From Acidobacteriota bacterium (GTDB taxonomy: Bacteria > Acidobacteriota > UBA890 > WLXD01), in assembly GCA_963666215.2 (NCBI GenBank), contig CAXWPL010000005.1, forward strand, positions 640,001 through 704,000: a DNA stretch of 64,000 bases, in the 5' to 3' direction. Numbering within the stretch: position 1 is the first letter of the stretch; each line of letters opens with the position of its first letter. The position numbers were made by a program, and so were the translations under genes. Shown one piece after another: positions 52,469-63,358 of this stretch. The notes under the pieces are model-generated. The model had not been told where the DNA came from and did not search any database. It worked only from the letters and a program-made list of their open reading frames with translations.

Positions 52469-52804
52469 ATGCCCGAACGTGTCCTCTTGGCCCTGATCGT
52501 AGTCATCGCGATCCTGGGAACCGTCCCGGCCGTTGCCGAAGCGGTCCCGTACGCCGGACTCGCCCTCGTCGTCCTCGGTTTGGTGGCAGGTTTCATGGGC
52601 GGCGATAAAGCTGATGTCCACGAACGGACCGTGATCTACGTCGTGGCGGCGGGACTCCCGATCGTTTCCAACAGTCTGGACGCCATCGCTGTTGTCGGTC
52701 CGTGGGTCAATTCAGTTCTCGACGGCGTTGCGACCGGCGTCCAGGGCATGGCTGTCGCGTTCGTGCTGATGCAGCTCAAAACGAGGATCATGCCCGCCGG
52801 CTGA
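52469..52804 (+). CDS. Small multi-TM hypothetical membrane protein
   Basis: AAAGGAG RBS; 111 aa, mostly hydrophobic. Confidence 0.75.
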   Translation: MPERVLLALIVVIAILGTVPAVAEAVPYAGLALVVLGLVAGFMGGDKADVHERTVIYVVAAGLPIVSNSLDAIAVVGPWVNSVLDGVATGVQGMAVAFVLMQLKTRIMPAG

Positions 52805-53044
52805 CGGCATAGCTCGGTGAACTCTTGCCCCTCGAGGCCGCCAGGGAAGCCGGCGATTCTAGGCCGGTCCAGACCGTGTAGCGAACCGCGCTGGAGCGGC
52901 GGATCGAGGGGCCACCGGGGCTGCGCGTCGAGCGTGTGATCGTTGTCCCGAATCCCCCCGAGGGCCGAGAACCGAGAGGATAGTGGACGCTCAGCGCCCA
53001 CTCCGGCCGGCTCAAACCCGTTGCTCGGGGAGCCGGATGGTGGC

Positions 53045-54094
53045 ATGAAACGCAAGTCAGTGGCGCTGGCGTCACTGGCGCTTTGTGTCGCGCTGCCCGC
53101 ATGCAGCCGACCCGTGGATCGCGCCCCGCGTGAGTTCGCGCTCACAGATCCGACTGTCGTCATCAGCTCCGGGAGCGCGCTGCTGGCGCTCGTAGTCGAT
53201 ATGACCGTCGACGAGCGTGGCAACGTGTTGCTGCTGGACTGGAGCGCCGGCAGCGTGGTGGTGGTGCCGCCGGACGGCGGCGAGCCCACACACTTCGGTG
53301 GCAAGGGACAGGGACCCGGCGAATTCGAGGGACCCAGCAACATCGGTGTTGGCGACGGGCTGATCCGCGTGATCGACCAGCTAACGGGGCGCATGCACCG
53401 GCTGGACTATGAGGGACGGCTCATGGGCGGAGTCGACCTGGCGGGCGGCATCGTCAAAGCCTCCGTCGGCACCGAGCGCATCGCCTACATGGCCGTGCCG
53501 CGGCCCGACCAACCCTTGGTGACGGTTACCAGTGCCGACGGCATCACAATGCATCGGATCGTCGCGCCGGTCGCTGATGACTACGGCTGGAACACGCCCG
53601 CGATGCGTCAGGAAATCGTCGCCGGCAGCATCCCCGATCAGCTGCGCAATACGGTGATCCCCGCAGTTCGACTCGACGGTGGAGTTTGGGCGTTCCTGGC
53701 CACCGAGGGAACGCTCCAGCGCTACGGCTCCGAAGGCCAACTTGTTGCCCAGGCAGCGATCGATCTTCCCGAAAAGAAGGCCATCCTCGCACACTTCCGT
53801 GACGTCAATCTCGACGCTCAGCGTCGCGTTGTGTTTCCACTGGAATACGTTTCCCAGCTGCACGCCATCGGTGAGGAAGTTTGGCTCCTGTGGAACGTGC
53901 CCACGGGACCGAATCTGATCACCGTCCACCGCCCCGACGCCACGCTGCTCCACCGACTCACCTTCGCCGGGAGCTCCTCAGCTGGGCGCTTCGCCGTCGA
54001 CATCGAACGCCGACGCGTCTATCTCTACAGCCGCGACGACAGCAGTCTGGTGAGGTACGCGCTTCCCGCAGAGGCGATGAGCTCGCCGCACTGA
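53045..54094 (+). CDS. 6-bladed beta-propeller lipoprotein
   Basis: LPAC lipobox, FGGKGQGPGEFEGP. Confidence 0.85.
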   Translation: MKRKSVALASLALCVALPACSRPVDRAPREFALTDPTVVISSGSALLALVVDMTVDERGNVLLLDWSAGSVVVVPPDGGEPTHFGGKGQGPGEFEGPSNIGVGDGLIRVIDQLTGRMHRLDYEGRLMGGVDLAGGIVKASVGTERIAYMAVPRPDQPLVTVTSADGITMHRIVAPVADDYGWNTPAMRQEIVAGSIPDQLRNTVIPAVRLDGGVWAFLATEGTLQRYGSEGQLVAQAAIDLPEKKAILAHFRDVNLDAQRRVVFPLEYVSQLHAIGEEVWLLWNVPTGPNLITVHRPDATLLHRLTFAGSSSAGRFAVDIERRRVYLYSRDDSSLVRYALPAEAMSSPH

Positions 54095-54169
54095 GATCGC
54101 GGTCGCCTCGCTATTCGAATTCGTGGAAGTGAAGGCCACCTGGGCCACGCCACGATTCGCGCAGCGCGC

Positions 54170-54274
54170 GACCCTGCGACCCCGGCGGTTGTCGACCGCC
54201 AGATACACGTCGCCCATGCCGCCGGCACCGAGTTGCTCGCTGATCTCGTAGGGACCGAGTGAGCTACGGATCAC
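54170..54274 (-). pseudogene. Ser/Thr kinase N-terminal fragment
   Basis: GGAGG RBS; LGPYEISEQLGAGGMGDVYLAVD...RRVA, then lost. Confidence 0.7.
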
Positions 54275-54367
54275 GCGCTTCCTCCGAAAAGAGAGGGCGC
54301 AGTGCCGAGAACCTAGCCTCTATCGCAAGCCGCGATCAGACGCGATGCTTCGGCAAACCGAGCCTGC

Positions 54368-54950
54368 TCATTCCGAGGCAAAACAGTAGAAGAGCCCGTT
54401 GCCTCCCGTGCCGACCAGATCCTCCTGGCTGCAAGCGCGCGACGGATGAGCCTCGTTCCATGGGCTGCCCGGCGTGGTGAACCTGAAACGGTCGTGGTGG
54501 CCGACCATGGCGCTGCCCTCGCCGCTACTCGTCCAGTTACCGCAGGTCCTATCCTCTGCGGGCGGAAAGGCGGTGCCGTCGAGCTTCGACCCCGTCAGGA
54601 TGTCGTGCATGCTCGTCGACGTTGGACGCGATCCGCAGCCCCTTGGCGTTGGCCCACGGACCATCGCCGATCCGGTCTCTGGCGTTGACGGCAGGCTGGT
54701 CGTCGGTCGCCTGCGTGCTCAGATACGCCCTCCAGGTGCGGTCGCCAGCGCCCACCGCTTCGGCGAGCGATTGGCAGTGAGCATCCGCCCCTCGCAGCCC
54801 GCCGAGATCGCCACCACTTCCCGGCCCTGTGCTGGTGATGAAGAAGCCCATCGGTTCCGGCTCCTGATCCTGCTGTGCCATGACCTGAACCGACGCCGCC
54901 ACCATCAACAGTCCGAACATCGCGAGCGTTGCGTTGCGCTTGCAGCTCAT
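54368..54950 (-). pseudogene. Secreted endostatin/lectin-like protein with internal deletion and frameshift
   Basis: GDLGGLRGADAHCQSLA, WRAYLS, then HDILTGS...TCGNWTS...GLFYCFA in another frame. Confidence 0.8.
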
Positions 54951-54974
54951 CTTCCCACCTCCCTTTCTGCTGTA

Positions 54975-56232
54975 CGCCTCGCGAGTGAACCTGCGGAGCG
55001 CGCTCACGGCCGGGGCCGGTCGAGCGTCAGCCGGAAGTCTGCGACGCCGCTGGCACGGCGCGTTCGTCACCATCGAGGTGGCGCTGGCTCTGGCGCTGCT
55101 GATGGGCGCCGGATTGCTCTTGAACAGCTTCCTCCAGCTGAGTCGCGTGGACCCCGGGGTCGACCCGAACGGCGTGCTGACGATGCGGATCACCTTGCCC
55201 TGGGAGCGTTATGAGGGCTCCGCGATCTCCGACTTCTTCCTGCGGCTGGCCGAAAACGTGGAGGAGATCCCGGGCGTCGAGACGGCCGCGTCGGGAGCTC
55301 AGTTCGCACCGATCGGGTTCCTTCGGCAGCAGTTCGCCATCACCGAGGGTGAGGTGCTGGAGGACAGCGCGCTGCCCAGCGCGCTGTCAACCATTGCCAG
55401 CGCTGACTACTTTGAGACCCTCGGCATCCCTCTTCGCGAAGGGCGCCTGTTCAACAACACCGACGAGATCGGCGCGCCGTTCGCCTTCGTCGTCAATCGC
55501 ACGCTCGCCGAACGCTTCTTCCCCGCCGGTGATGCTCTGGGCCGCGAGATCCGCCTCGGCACTGCCGAAAGCCCGGGGGAGACCGGCAGGATCCTCGGAA
55601 TCGTCAACGACACCCGCAACCGCGGCCTCCAGGTCGACACCCAGCCCGAGCTGTACGCCAGCCTGCGGCAGGCCAGCGGCGTTTTCAATCAAATCTACCT
55701 GATCCTGCGGATCGCCGACGGCGTCGAGCCTCGCAGCGTGCTGCCCGCGGTGCGCGCCGCCGTCTCGGAGATCGATGCCGACCAGCCTGTGTACAACATC
55801 CAGACGCTCGACGAAGCGTTCTCGACGGGCTTCGCTACGCAGGGCTTGGCGATGCAGTTGTTGAGCGTCTTCGCGGGCTTCGCGCTGCTGATTGCCGCGA
55901 TTGGGGTGTATGGCGTGGTCTCCTACGCGGTCGCCGAGCGCACCCGCGAGATCGGTGTGCGCATGGCGCTCGGCGCCGGGAGTGGCTCCGTACGCAAGCT
56001 GATCGTGCGTCAGGCGTTGCTTCCAGTGTCAATCGGGGTGGTCCTGGGGGTCGCGATGTCCATTGGGCTCGGACGCGCGATGTCGGGCCTGCTCTTCGGC
56101 GTCGGCGGCGGAGACCCGTGGACGCTCGCGATCGTTACGGCTGTGCTTGGCACGATTGCCCTGCTCGCCAGCTACGTGCCGGCGCGCCGTGCCTCCGCAA
56201 CCGACCCGGTGGTCGCGTTGCGGTCCTCCTGA
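54975..56232 (+). pseudogene. ADOP-type ABC permease, C-terminal half only
   Basis: EVALALALLMGAGLLLNSF, ERTREIGVRMALGA, VPARRASATDPVVALR; no start or N-terminal half. Confidence 0.85.
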
Positions 56233-56447
56233 TGGAGCGGGCTACGCAGAAGTAGCCCGGCCGGTCCGAGGACCGGGCCAACAGGATGGGCCCGGCCCGC
56301 ACGACCCGGACGACCCGACGACGGAGGCTCGGCGGGTTCAGCCGGCTTGGTCGGTCGCTAGCGCGACAGATAGAATGCGCGCCGCGCGAGGCCCCGAGCA
56401 CTGCCACGATCGCAGGTGCCGTAAGCTCGCCGGAACCGGACTCCGTC

Positions 56448-57002
56448 ATGAAGCCGAGGCTCGTAGACACGCCGCTCGCCGGACTGTTCGTTGTTGAGCT
56501 CGATGCGCACGTCGATGATCGCGGCTTCTTTCTCGAGTCGTGGCACCGGCGTGACTTCGCGGAAGCGGGGCTCGACGCAAGGTTCGTCCAGGAGGGTCAC
56601 TCCGGCTCCAGCGCCGGTGTCCTGCGGGGATTGCACTACCAGGATGCGAGCGCTCCGTTGGGCAAGCTGGTGCGCTGCACGGTCGGCGAGATCTACGACG
56701 TCGCCGTCGATATCCGCAGCAGCTCCCCCACCTTCGGCGGCTGGCACGGCGTTGAGCTGAGCGCTGCCAACAGGCGTCAACTGTGGGTGCCACCGGGCTT
56801 CGCACACGGGTTCGTCGCGCTCACGGCGGCCGAAGTCCAGTACAAACAGACCGGCAACTACACTCCAAGCGCCGAAGGCAGTATCGCCTGGAACGATACG
56901 GAGCTGGCGATCGACTGGCCTGTCACGCTTCCCACCTTGTCTCCCCGTGACGCGGCCGCTCCCTCGTTTGCCGACTACCGCGACAACCCGGCGTTCGGCT
57001 AG
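56448..57002 (+). CDS. rfbC: dTDP-4-dehydrorhamnose 3,5-epimerase
   Basis: DDRGFFLE, GVLRGLHYQ, KLVRC, DVAVDIR, GFAHGF. Confidence 0.95.
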   Translation: MKPRLVDTPLAGLFVVELDAHVDDRGFFLESWHRRDFAEAGLDARFVQEGHSGSSAGVLRGLHYQDASAPLGKLVRCTVGEIYDVAVDIRSSSPTFGGWHGVELSAANRRQLWVPPGFAHGFVALTAAEVQYKQTGNYTPSAEGSIAWNDTELAIDWPVTLPTLSPRDAAAPSFADYRDNPAFG

Positions 57003-58201
57003 AACCTCACGGAAAGACCGAGCGCCTTGCCGTAGCGCGCCAAAGCGGTGGCTACGGCTTGTCGATCGGCCGCGTCGGGAACATCGCGCTCGTAGCGCTC
57101 CGACACGACGCGGAGCCGACCCAACGAGCGCTCCGCCTTGAGGTCGACTCTGGCAACCAGATGTTCGCCGGCAAGCACCGGCAAACAGAAGTAGCCGTAC
57201 ATCCGCTTTTCGGAGGGCTTGAAGATCTCGAGGATCTGGTGAAAGTCGTAGAGCAGGTCGGTACGTGCTCGATCCCACAGCACCGGATCGAACGGCGAGA
57301 GCAGCACCCCCCGGTCGCGCCGCGGACGGGCTCGCCGCAGCCGGTCGGCGAGCTCCAGATCCCGCGGACGGACTCAGCCCATGCGGCGCTTGCCGGTGGC
57401 GTCGACCAGCGCGCACGGCGTGATCTCCCTCTGGTCACGTAGAGCGTAGAGCGCGGCGGCGAGCTCCTCTCGCATGTTGCGGAAGCGCCAGGTTGCGGCC
57501 AAGGTACCCGAGGTGGCCCAGCCGTGGCCGGCAAGCGCGCGCAGCAGCAGGGCTCGTATCGACGCGTCGCGCGGTTCAGCCAGCTCTCGTACCGTCTGCG
57601 GAATTACCCGCTCGGTGAGATCGTAGGTGCGTTGAAATCCTCGCCGCTGCTGGATGGCGATGTCGCCTGCCGACCACAGCGCCGATAGAACCTTCTTGCC
57701 TGCCTTGAAGGCCCACCAGCCGTCGGACGACGGCTCGCAGAGATCGGACGAGCGTATGGGCCCCTCGTCGCGGATGCGTCGAAGAATCTGATCTGCCAGA
57801 GCTGAATGCTCGCCGAGCACATCGCCCCACCACGGGTGGACGCGGTATTCGCGACGGCGAAAGTCGAGCGTGGGGTAGAGCTCGAGCGGCAGCCAGCAGA
57901 CTTCGTGGCCCCAGTACTCGAACAGAGGCGCGCCCAGCAGCAGCAAATCCTCACCGAGCGCCGGTCTCATCCCGGGCAGTCTCGACAGCAGCACCAGCGC
58001 GTGACTGCGGGCGCCCGCGATCGACACCGTGTCGAGCTGCAGGTAGCCAAAACGGCGGATGATGGCGTGCGCAGCGCGTCGCGCGGTCACGCCTCCGCCG
58101 CGGGCGCTGGCTGGCAAGCCCGTCCAGGCAGGCTTCAACAGGCCGGCGCGCGCCAGAGCGAGGCGTCTTGCCTCGCGAAGAGAGATCGTCTCGAACCCCA
58201 C
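56999..58201 (-). pseudogene. YcaQ/AlkZ-like winged-helix DNA glycosylase with in-frame TGA at 57374-57376
   Basis: LQLDTVSI, FEYWGHE, LLSPFDP, RMYGYFCLPVL; both halves are in the same frame (RRMG-TGA-VRPRDL). Confidence 0.85.
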
Positions 58202-58434
58202 CGACGGAGGCTACCGCAGGGGCACGCCGATGACGTCGCAGGCAGATCTCAGAATCCGCGCCGGGCGTTTCGACGCCTCGCGATCGCGCGACTCGATTCC
58301 TGAAGCCGCGTCAACAAGCTACGAGCCACATGGATAAAGACAACGCGGCCGAGGGTCCGCCGGCTTCCCGCAAGCGCAGCCGTTCTCGGTTGGACCCTCG
58401 GCCGTGATGTGCAGCCGTTCGTTCGATTGTTCGC

Positions 58435-59505
58435 TCAGTCGATATGGAACGTCACCTCCACGATCATCAGAACCTCGACCGGCCGACCGTTGTAGAAGCT
58501 CGGTGTGAAACGCCACTGCAGCACGGCCGCGATCGCCGCCTCGTCGAGGCCGAGCCCCGCCGGAGTCGTGGCCCGCGCGTCGTACACACGCCCATCGGTG
58601 CCAATCCGTGCCTCGATCATCACATCGCCCCCGCGCCGTGCCCGCAGCGCCAGCGGCGGATAGTCAGGCTTCACGCGCACGAACAGTCGAGGAGCTGCGA
58701 TGTCGCCCACCCGCACCAGCTGCAACGCCATCGGCGGCGACCACGTGGGTGGAGCGAGCAGAAAGTCGGAGACAGCGCCGATCGGCTGTTCGTCGACCGC
58801 GGGCAACGAATCGCTCTCGGGACTCACGGGTATTGGAGTTTCGATGAGCACGGCCGGGATCGGCACCGGTGTCGCCGCTTTCGCGGGCGTCCTCTCGGAT
58901 GGCGGCGGCTGTGATTCTGCAGGCGCTGGCGGCGGGAACTTGACCAGCCGCACGACCTGCCGCGGCTGGGCTTCGGCCGTGAGCGTGGCACCCGGCATCG
59001 GGATCACGATCAGGAAAAGGAGGAAATGCAGCACCAGCGCCACTACGCCCGCGATCTTGTAGGAGCGCCGGTCGCGGGGCAGCCCGGCGCGCATCATGAA
59101 GTCGGCGGCGCTGAAGCCATTGGGGCGCTGCCATGTTGTCTCGGCAGCGCCTCCCGGGTGCCCCGAGCCTCCCCGCCGGGGCGCCGCTCCGGCAAGCGCC
59201 GCGACCGGCTCGAGCCCACCCCAGCCATCCGATGACTCGAAGTGGACCGCCTCGCGAACAACGTTCCCAACTCGCTGCAGCCCGGAGAGCCGCGCGCCAA
59301 CGGCCATCGTCAGCAAACCCATCAGCTCGCGCGAAACGAAGAACGTCCAGGATCGAAGCCCCAGAACAGCCGCATCGCTGGCACGGGCGCAAAACGTGGC
59401 CCACAGCTCTTCGAAGAGCTCACGCCGTACCGACAGCGGAAGCAACCAGCACAGCGCCCGGAACACCGACACGGCCCAGCGGAAGGTACGGTCGATCTCG
59501 CGCAT
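58435..59505 (-). CDS. TonB-family protein with an ADOP-prefix-like N-terminal extension
   Basis: ALVLHFLLF anchor, Pro-rich linker, VKPDYPPLA...GLDEAAIAAVLQWRFTP. Confidence 0.85.
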   Translation of the reverse strand: MREIDRTFRWAVSVFRALCWLLPLSVRRELFEELWATFCARASDAAVLGLRSWTFFVSRELMGLLTMAVGARLSGLQRVGNVVREAVHFESSDGWGGLEPVAALAGAAPRRGGSGHPGGAAETTWQRPNGFSAADFMMRAGLPRDRRSYKIAGVVALVLHFLLFLIVIPMPGATLTAEAQPRQVVRLVKFPPPAPAESQPPPSERTPAKAATPVPIPAVLIETPIPVSPESDSLPAVDEQPIGAVSDFLLAPPTWSPPMALQLVRVGDIAAPRLFVRVKPDYPPLALRARRGGDVMIEARIGTDGRVYDARATTPAGLGLDEAAIAAVLQWRFTPSFYNGRPVEVLMIVEVTFHID

Positions 59506-59507
59506 CG

Positions 59508-59932
59508 TTATCCCTCCGCGGCGCCGGCAAGCTCGTCGGCGCGGATGAGGCGACGGGCGACCGCCACTTCCACCATCGCCGCGAGCCGCTCGCTCTCGGC
59601 ACGCGCCACGCGTCGGCCGAGATCGGTGAGCCGATAATAGCGACGCCGCGCATCGTCGCGCTCAGCGGGTGGACGGCCCGGCGAACGCTCGAGGAACCCC
59701 TTGTCCTGCAATTTCAGAATAGCGAGGTACATCGAGCCGGTGGAGGGCTTGGTAAGGCCGGCGGTACGACGCTCGATGTCCTTGGCTACGCGTAGCCATG
59801 CAGATCACCCTCGGCGATCGCCAGCAGGATGTGGAAGGCGAGGTTCGGGAGCGGCAGGTGCAGCTCCACCTCGGCTGCGGAGGCACCCTTCTGCCCGCCG
59901 ACTCGATCGTCATGCTCCGTCACCGTCTCCAT
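59508..59932 (-). pseudogene. PadR-family regulator with 1-bp frameshift near 59790
   Basis: FHILLAIAEGDLHGYA / AKDIERRT...GSMYLAILKLQDKG...RRRYYRLTDLGR. Confidence 0.85.
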
Positions 59933-60107
59933 GCCTTGATCTTCCCGGGGGCGTCTTTATATGCCTGAAGAAACTCGATTGACTTCGAATGCATTTCATG
60001 CAAACAGATCGAGCCGGTGCTCGTCAAGGGGAGAAAGGGGGAATAATCAGCCGCATGCACGAGCATGACGAGGGCGCACCCAGCGGATCAAGGGACGAGA
60101 TCGTGAG

Positions 60108-61613
60108 ATGCCTTCAATGAATGTCCAGCCCGGGCGGCCACGCGACGCGTCGCTGGCGCGGCAACTCGGCCTCGTTGGCCTCGCGGCAACGGGCATCTGC
60201 TCGATGATGGGCGCGGCGATCAACATCTTGCCCATCATGCTGCAGCGCAACGTTCCCGGAATTGGGCCCTACGTGCTTCCCGCCTATCTCATCGGTGCGC
60301 TGCCGGCGATCTTCGCGGCTCTGGCATACGCCGCGCTGGGCTCGGGAATGCCGCGCGCCGGCGGCAGCTACGTGTACGCCAGCCGGTCGCTGAATCCGTA
60401 CCTCGGATTCGTCGCCAGTTTCTCGCAGTGGTTCGGGCTGTCGATCGCCATCGGCGTGGTCTCCTACGTCGTCGTCCCCTTCTTGCGTGATGTCGTGGTG
60501 GCGGTGGGGTACGACGGCCTCGGAGTCTGGCTGATGGGCGACTATGTTCGCCCCCTCGTCTCGCTGGCATTCCTTTGGACCTTCACCGTCATCAACCTGC
60601 TTGGCCTCAAGGTTTATGAGCGCACACTCGTGCCTCTGATGTTGCTGATGTTCCTGGGCGGCGGCGTGGTGGTGGTTGCCGGGTTCTCCTTCGATCACGC
60701 CGACTTCGGGGTGGCTCTGTTGGCGCGCGAGGGTGTGGCGCTGTCGGCTGAACCGGCAACCGCTTGGAGCGTGGCAACGCTGGCCGCCGGCGCCGCGATT
60801 CTGTTCTCCAGCTTCATCGGGTTCGACTCGATCGCTCAAGCCGGGGGCGAGGCGAAGAACCCCGGTCGCAACGTACCGCTCGCGGTGCTCGTGGCCGTAG
60901 GCGGGGTGGGCGGCTTCTACCTGCTGTTCACTGCGGCGGTTTACAACGCCGTGCCCTGGTGGTTCATCGCCGAGCGCGCCCAGGAGGCCGATCTCACCGC
61001 GCCAGGGCTGCTGGGCTATCTCCTGAGCCCGCGCTGGACGGTGGCAATCGTCGCTGGCGCGACGATTGCGCTCGTCAACGACCTGCCCGCGATGCTGCTG
61101 GCCGTCTCGCGACTCATGTTCGCGTGGGCGGAGACGGCATCTTTCCTGAGTTCATGGCCCGCCTCAATCGACACAGCGCGCCGTACACGGCGATCGTGGC
61201 AAGCGCCGGCGTCGCTTCGGCCGGAATCATGGGCAGCCATCTGGCCGGAGACTTCTTTCTCGGCGTCGACATCCTGGCGACCTCGATGCTGTTCAATTTT
61301 CTGATGATGTGTCTTTCGGTGCTCTAGGCTACCGAGCCGTAACCCCCGGCTGGCCGCGGGGCTTCGTTTCGGGACCGGGGTCGCGGCCCGCTGGTTCATC
61401 GGGGGTGTAGGCGCGCTGCTGCTGACCACACTGCTCGCCGTGCATGTGTGGAAGGACCTCTCCAGCGACATGGCCGTCTGGTACTTCCACTCCACCTGGC
61501 TGTGGATTGGAACGATGGTTCTCGCGAGCGCCGTCTTCGCCACCCACTGGCGCAAGCTGCGAAGGAGCGGCGTCGACCTGGAGAGTCGCTTTGCCGAGCT
61601 TCCGCTGGAGTAA
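60108..61613 (+). pseudogene. APC-family amino acid permease with two frameshifts (~61132, ~61325)
   Basis: MPRAGGSYVY, FIGFDSIAQAGGEAKNP, SRLMFAWA; continuation traced through to TAA at 61613. Confidence 0.85.
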
Positions 61614-61783
61614 CCCGTCGCGGCCGCCGCGGCACCGAAGTCTTCGGAGCTGCCGTTCGCTGACATGTCGAGGCGTGGCGCGAGAGGGTATGTTCATGGT
61701 CATGTTGGCGTCGCTCATGCGGCGCGGACGACCGACGACAACCCCGTGAGCCGCCGCGAAGGCAACGATCAAAGAGCAAGCCC

Positions 61784-62896
61784 ATGAAGATCCCAAGAGT
61801 CCTGATCGCTTCCTTCCTGGTGGGTACCGCGTTGACCGCCAGCTTCTACGCCGGCGCGGCGTGGTCGGCCTCGCCACCACCACCACTGCAAGCCGTGCAA
61901 CGGGCGTCGGAGCCGCGAACCGGCTTGACGGGCGCCGAGGTCCCGGTTATCGAGCTCTTCGAAGAAGCGGCGCCCTCGGTGGTCTTCATCAACACCACCC
62001 AGCGTCGACGGGACTTCTTCTTCAATGTCTCCGAAGTTCCGGGAGGTTCGGGATCCGGAATCGTTTGGGACCGCCAGGGCCATATCGTCACGAACTACCA
62101 CGTCATCGCGGAGGCCCGCACCGCCAACGTAACGCTTGCCGACGGTACCGAGTGGCTAGCCACGTACGTTGGCGGAGCACGCGAGAAGGATCTCGCCGTG
62201 CTCCACATCGAGGCTCCCCCTCAGAGCCTCTCGCCCATCAAAATCGGCACCTCCCACGACCTCCAGGTGGGCCAATCGCTGCTGGCAATCGGCAACCCGT
62301 TCGGACTCGACAACACCCTGACCACGGGCATCGTGAGCGCACTCGGCCGTCAGATCGAGTCGTCGGACGGAGTTCCGATTCGCGACGTGATTCAAACCGA
62401 CGCCGCGATCAACCCGGGCAACTCGGGCGGCCCACTGCTCGATTCGGCTGGCCGACTGATCGGAGTGAACACCGCCATCGTTAGCCCCTCTGGCGCCTAC
62501 GCCGGCATCGGCTTCGCCATCCCGATCAACACGGTCAACTGGGTCGTCGCCGACCTGATTGCGTACGGCCGTATCGTGCGACCGTCGCTTGGCCTCGAAT
62601 TCTTCCCCATCAACCTGGCGCGGCGAGCGAGTATCGACGGTGCCGTGATCTACCGGGTAGCTCCGGGGGGGGCCGCCGATCTCGCCGGGCTGTTACCGGC
62701 AACACGAAGCTCGCGCGGTTTCCAGCCGGGCGACATCATGCTGCGGGTGGAGGGACAGGACGTTCGCACCGAGGCCGAGCTCAACCTCGTGCTCGAAGCC
62801 TACGAGGTGGGCGACGCGGTGACGATCGAGTTTCGTCGCGGCGACGAGGTGCTGCAGGTGCAAGCCACGCTACAGGAGCCGCGCGGGTCGGGCTGA
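61784..62896 (+). CDS. HtrA/DegP-like trypsin serine protease with one PDZ domain
   Basis: VTNYHV, DLAVL, TDAAINPGNSGGPL. Confidence 0.95.
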   Translation: MKIPRVLIASFLVGTALTASFYAGAAWSASPPPPLQAVQRASEPRTGLTGAEVPVIELFEEAAPSVVFINTTQRRRDFFFNVSEVPGGSGSGIVWDRQGHIVTNYHVIAEARTANVTLADGTEWLATYVGGAREKDLAVLHIEAPPQSLSPIKIGTSHDLQVGQSLLAIGNPFGLDNTLTTGIVSALGRQIESSDGVPIRDVIQTDAAINPGNSGGPLLDSAGRLIGVNTAIVSPSGAYAGIGFAIPINTVNWVVADLIAYGRIVRPSLGLEFFPINLARRASIDGAVIYRVAPGGAADLAGLLPATRSSRGFQPGDIMLRVEGQDVRTEAELNLVLEAYEVGDAVTIEFRRGDEVLQVQATLQEPRGSG

Positions 62897-62926
62897 GGGG
62901 AGCCGTGCCGCCAAAACAGCGATGAC

Positions 62927-63355
62927 CTACTGGATGTAGCCGAGCGCCCGCAGCTCGCGCTCGGCTTTGGGGTTGAGGCGCCGTGAGTCCTCGGTAATCT
63001 TGAAACGGCGCGCCAGGCGCGCGCTGCGCTCCTGCAGTCGGGCGTAGTCGGCACGCAACGACTCGGCGATCTCGGGGTGCTGCTGGAGCACGCTGTGCAG
63101 CTCCTGAGGATCGTCGCCAACGTGGAAGAGCTCGGCCGGCCGGCGGTCGTCCTCGTAGTAAATGAGCTTCCACGGCCCGCGCAGCAGACCCACCCCGCCC
63201 TTGTTCTCGGCCACGCGCAGTCGATCGCGCGGCAAACCACGACCCCCGAGCACACGCATGAGGTCGACGCCCTGAAGCTTGTACGGAGCCTCGACGCCGA
63301 GCAACGGCAACAGCGTGGGCATGATGTCGATCAGCTGCACAGGGTCATCGAGCAC
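62927..63355 (-). pseudogene. Sulfatase C-terminal fragment
   Basis: VQLIDIMPTLL, QGVDL, WKLI, ELFHVGDDPQE, ELRALGYIQ. Confidence 0.82.
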
Positions 63356-63358
63356 CGG

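Noticed and set aside
57374-57376. In-frame TGA in the YcaQ-like gene as Sec
   Set aside because: No redox motif, the context fits Trp, and the surrounding region is decaying.
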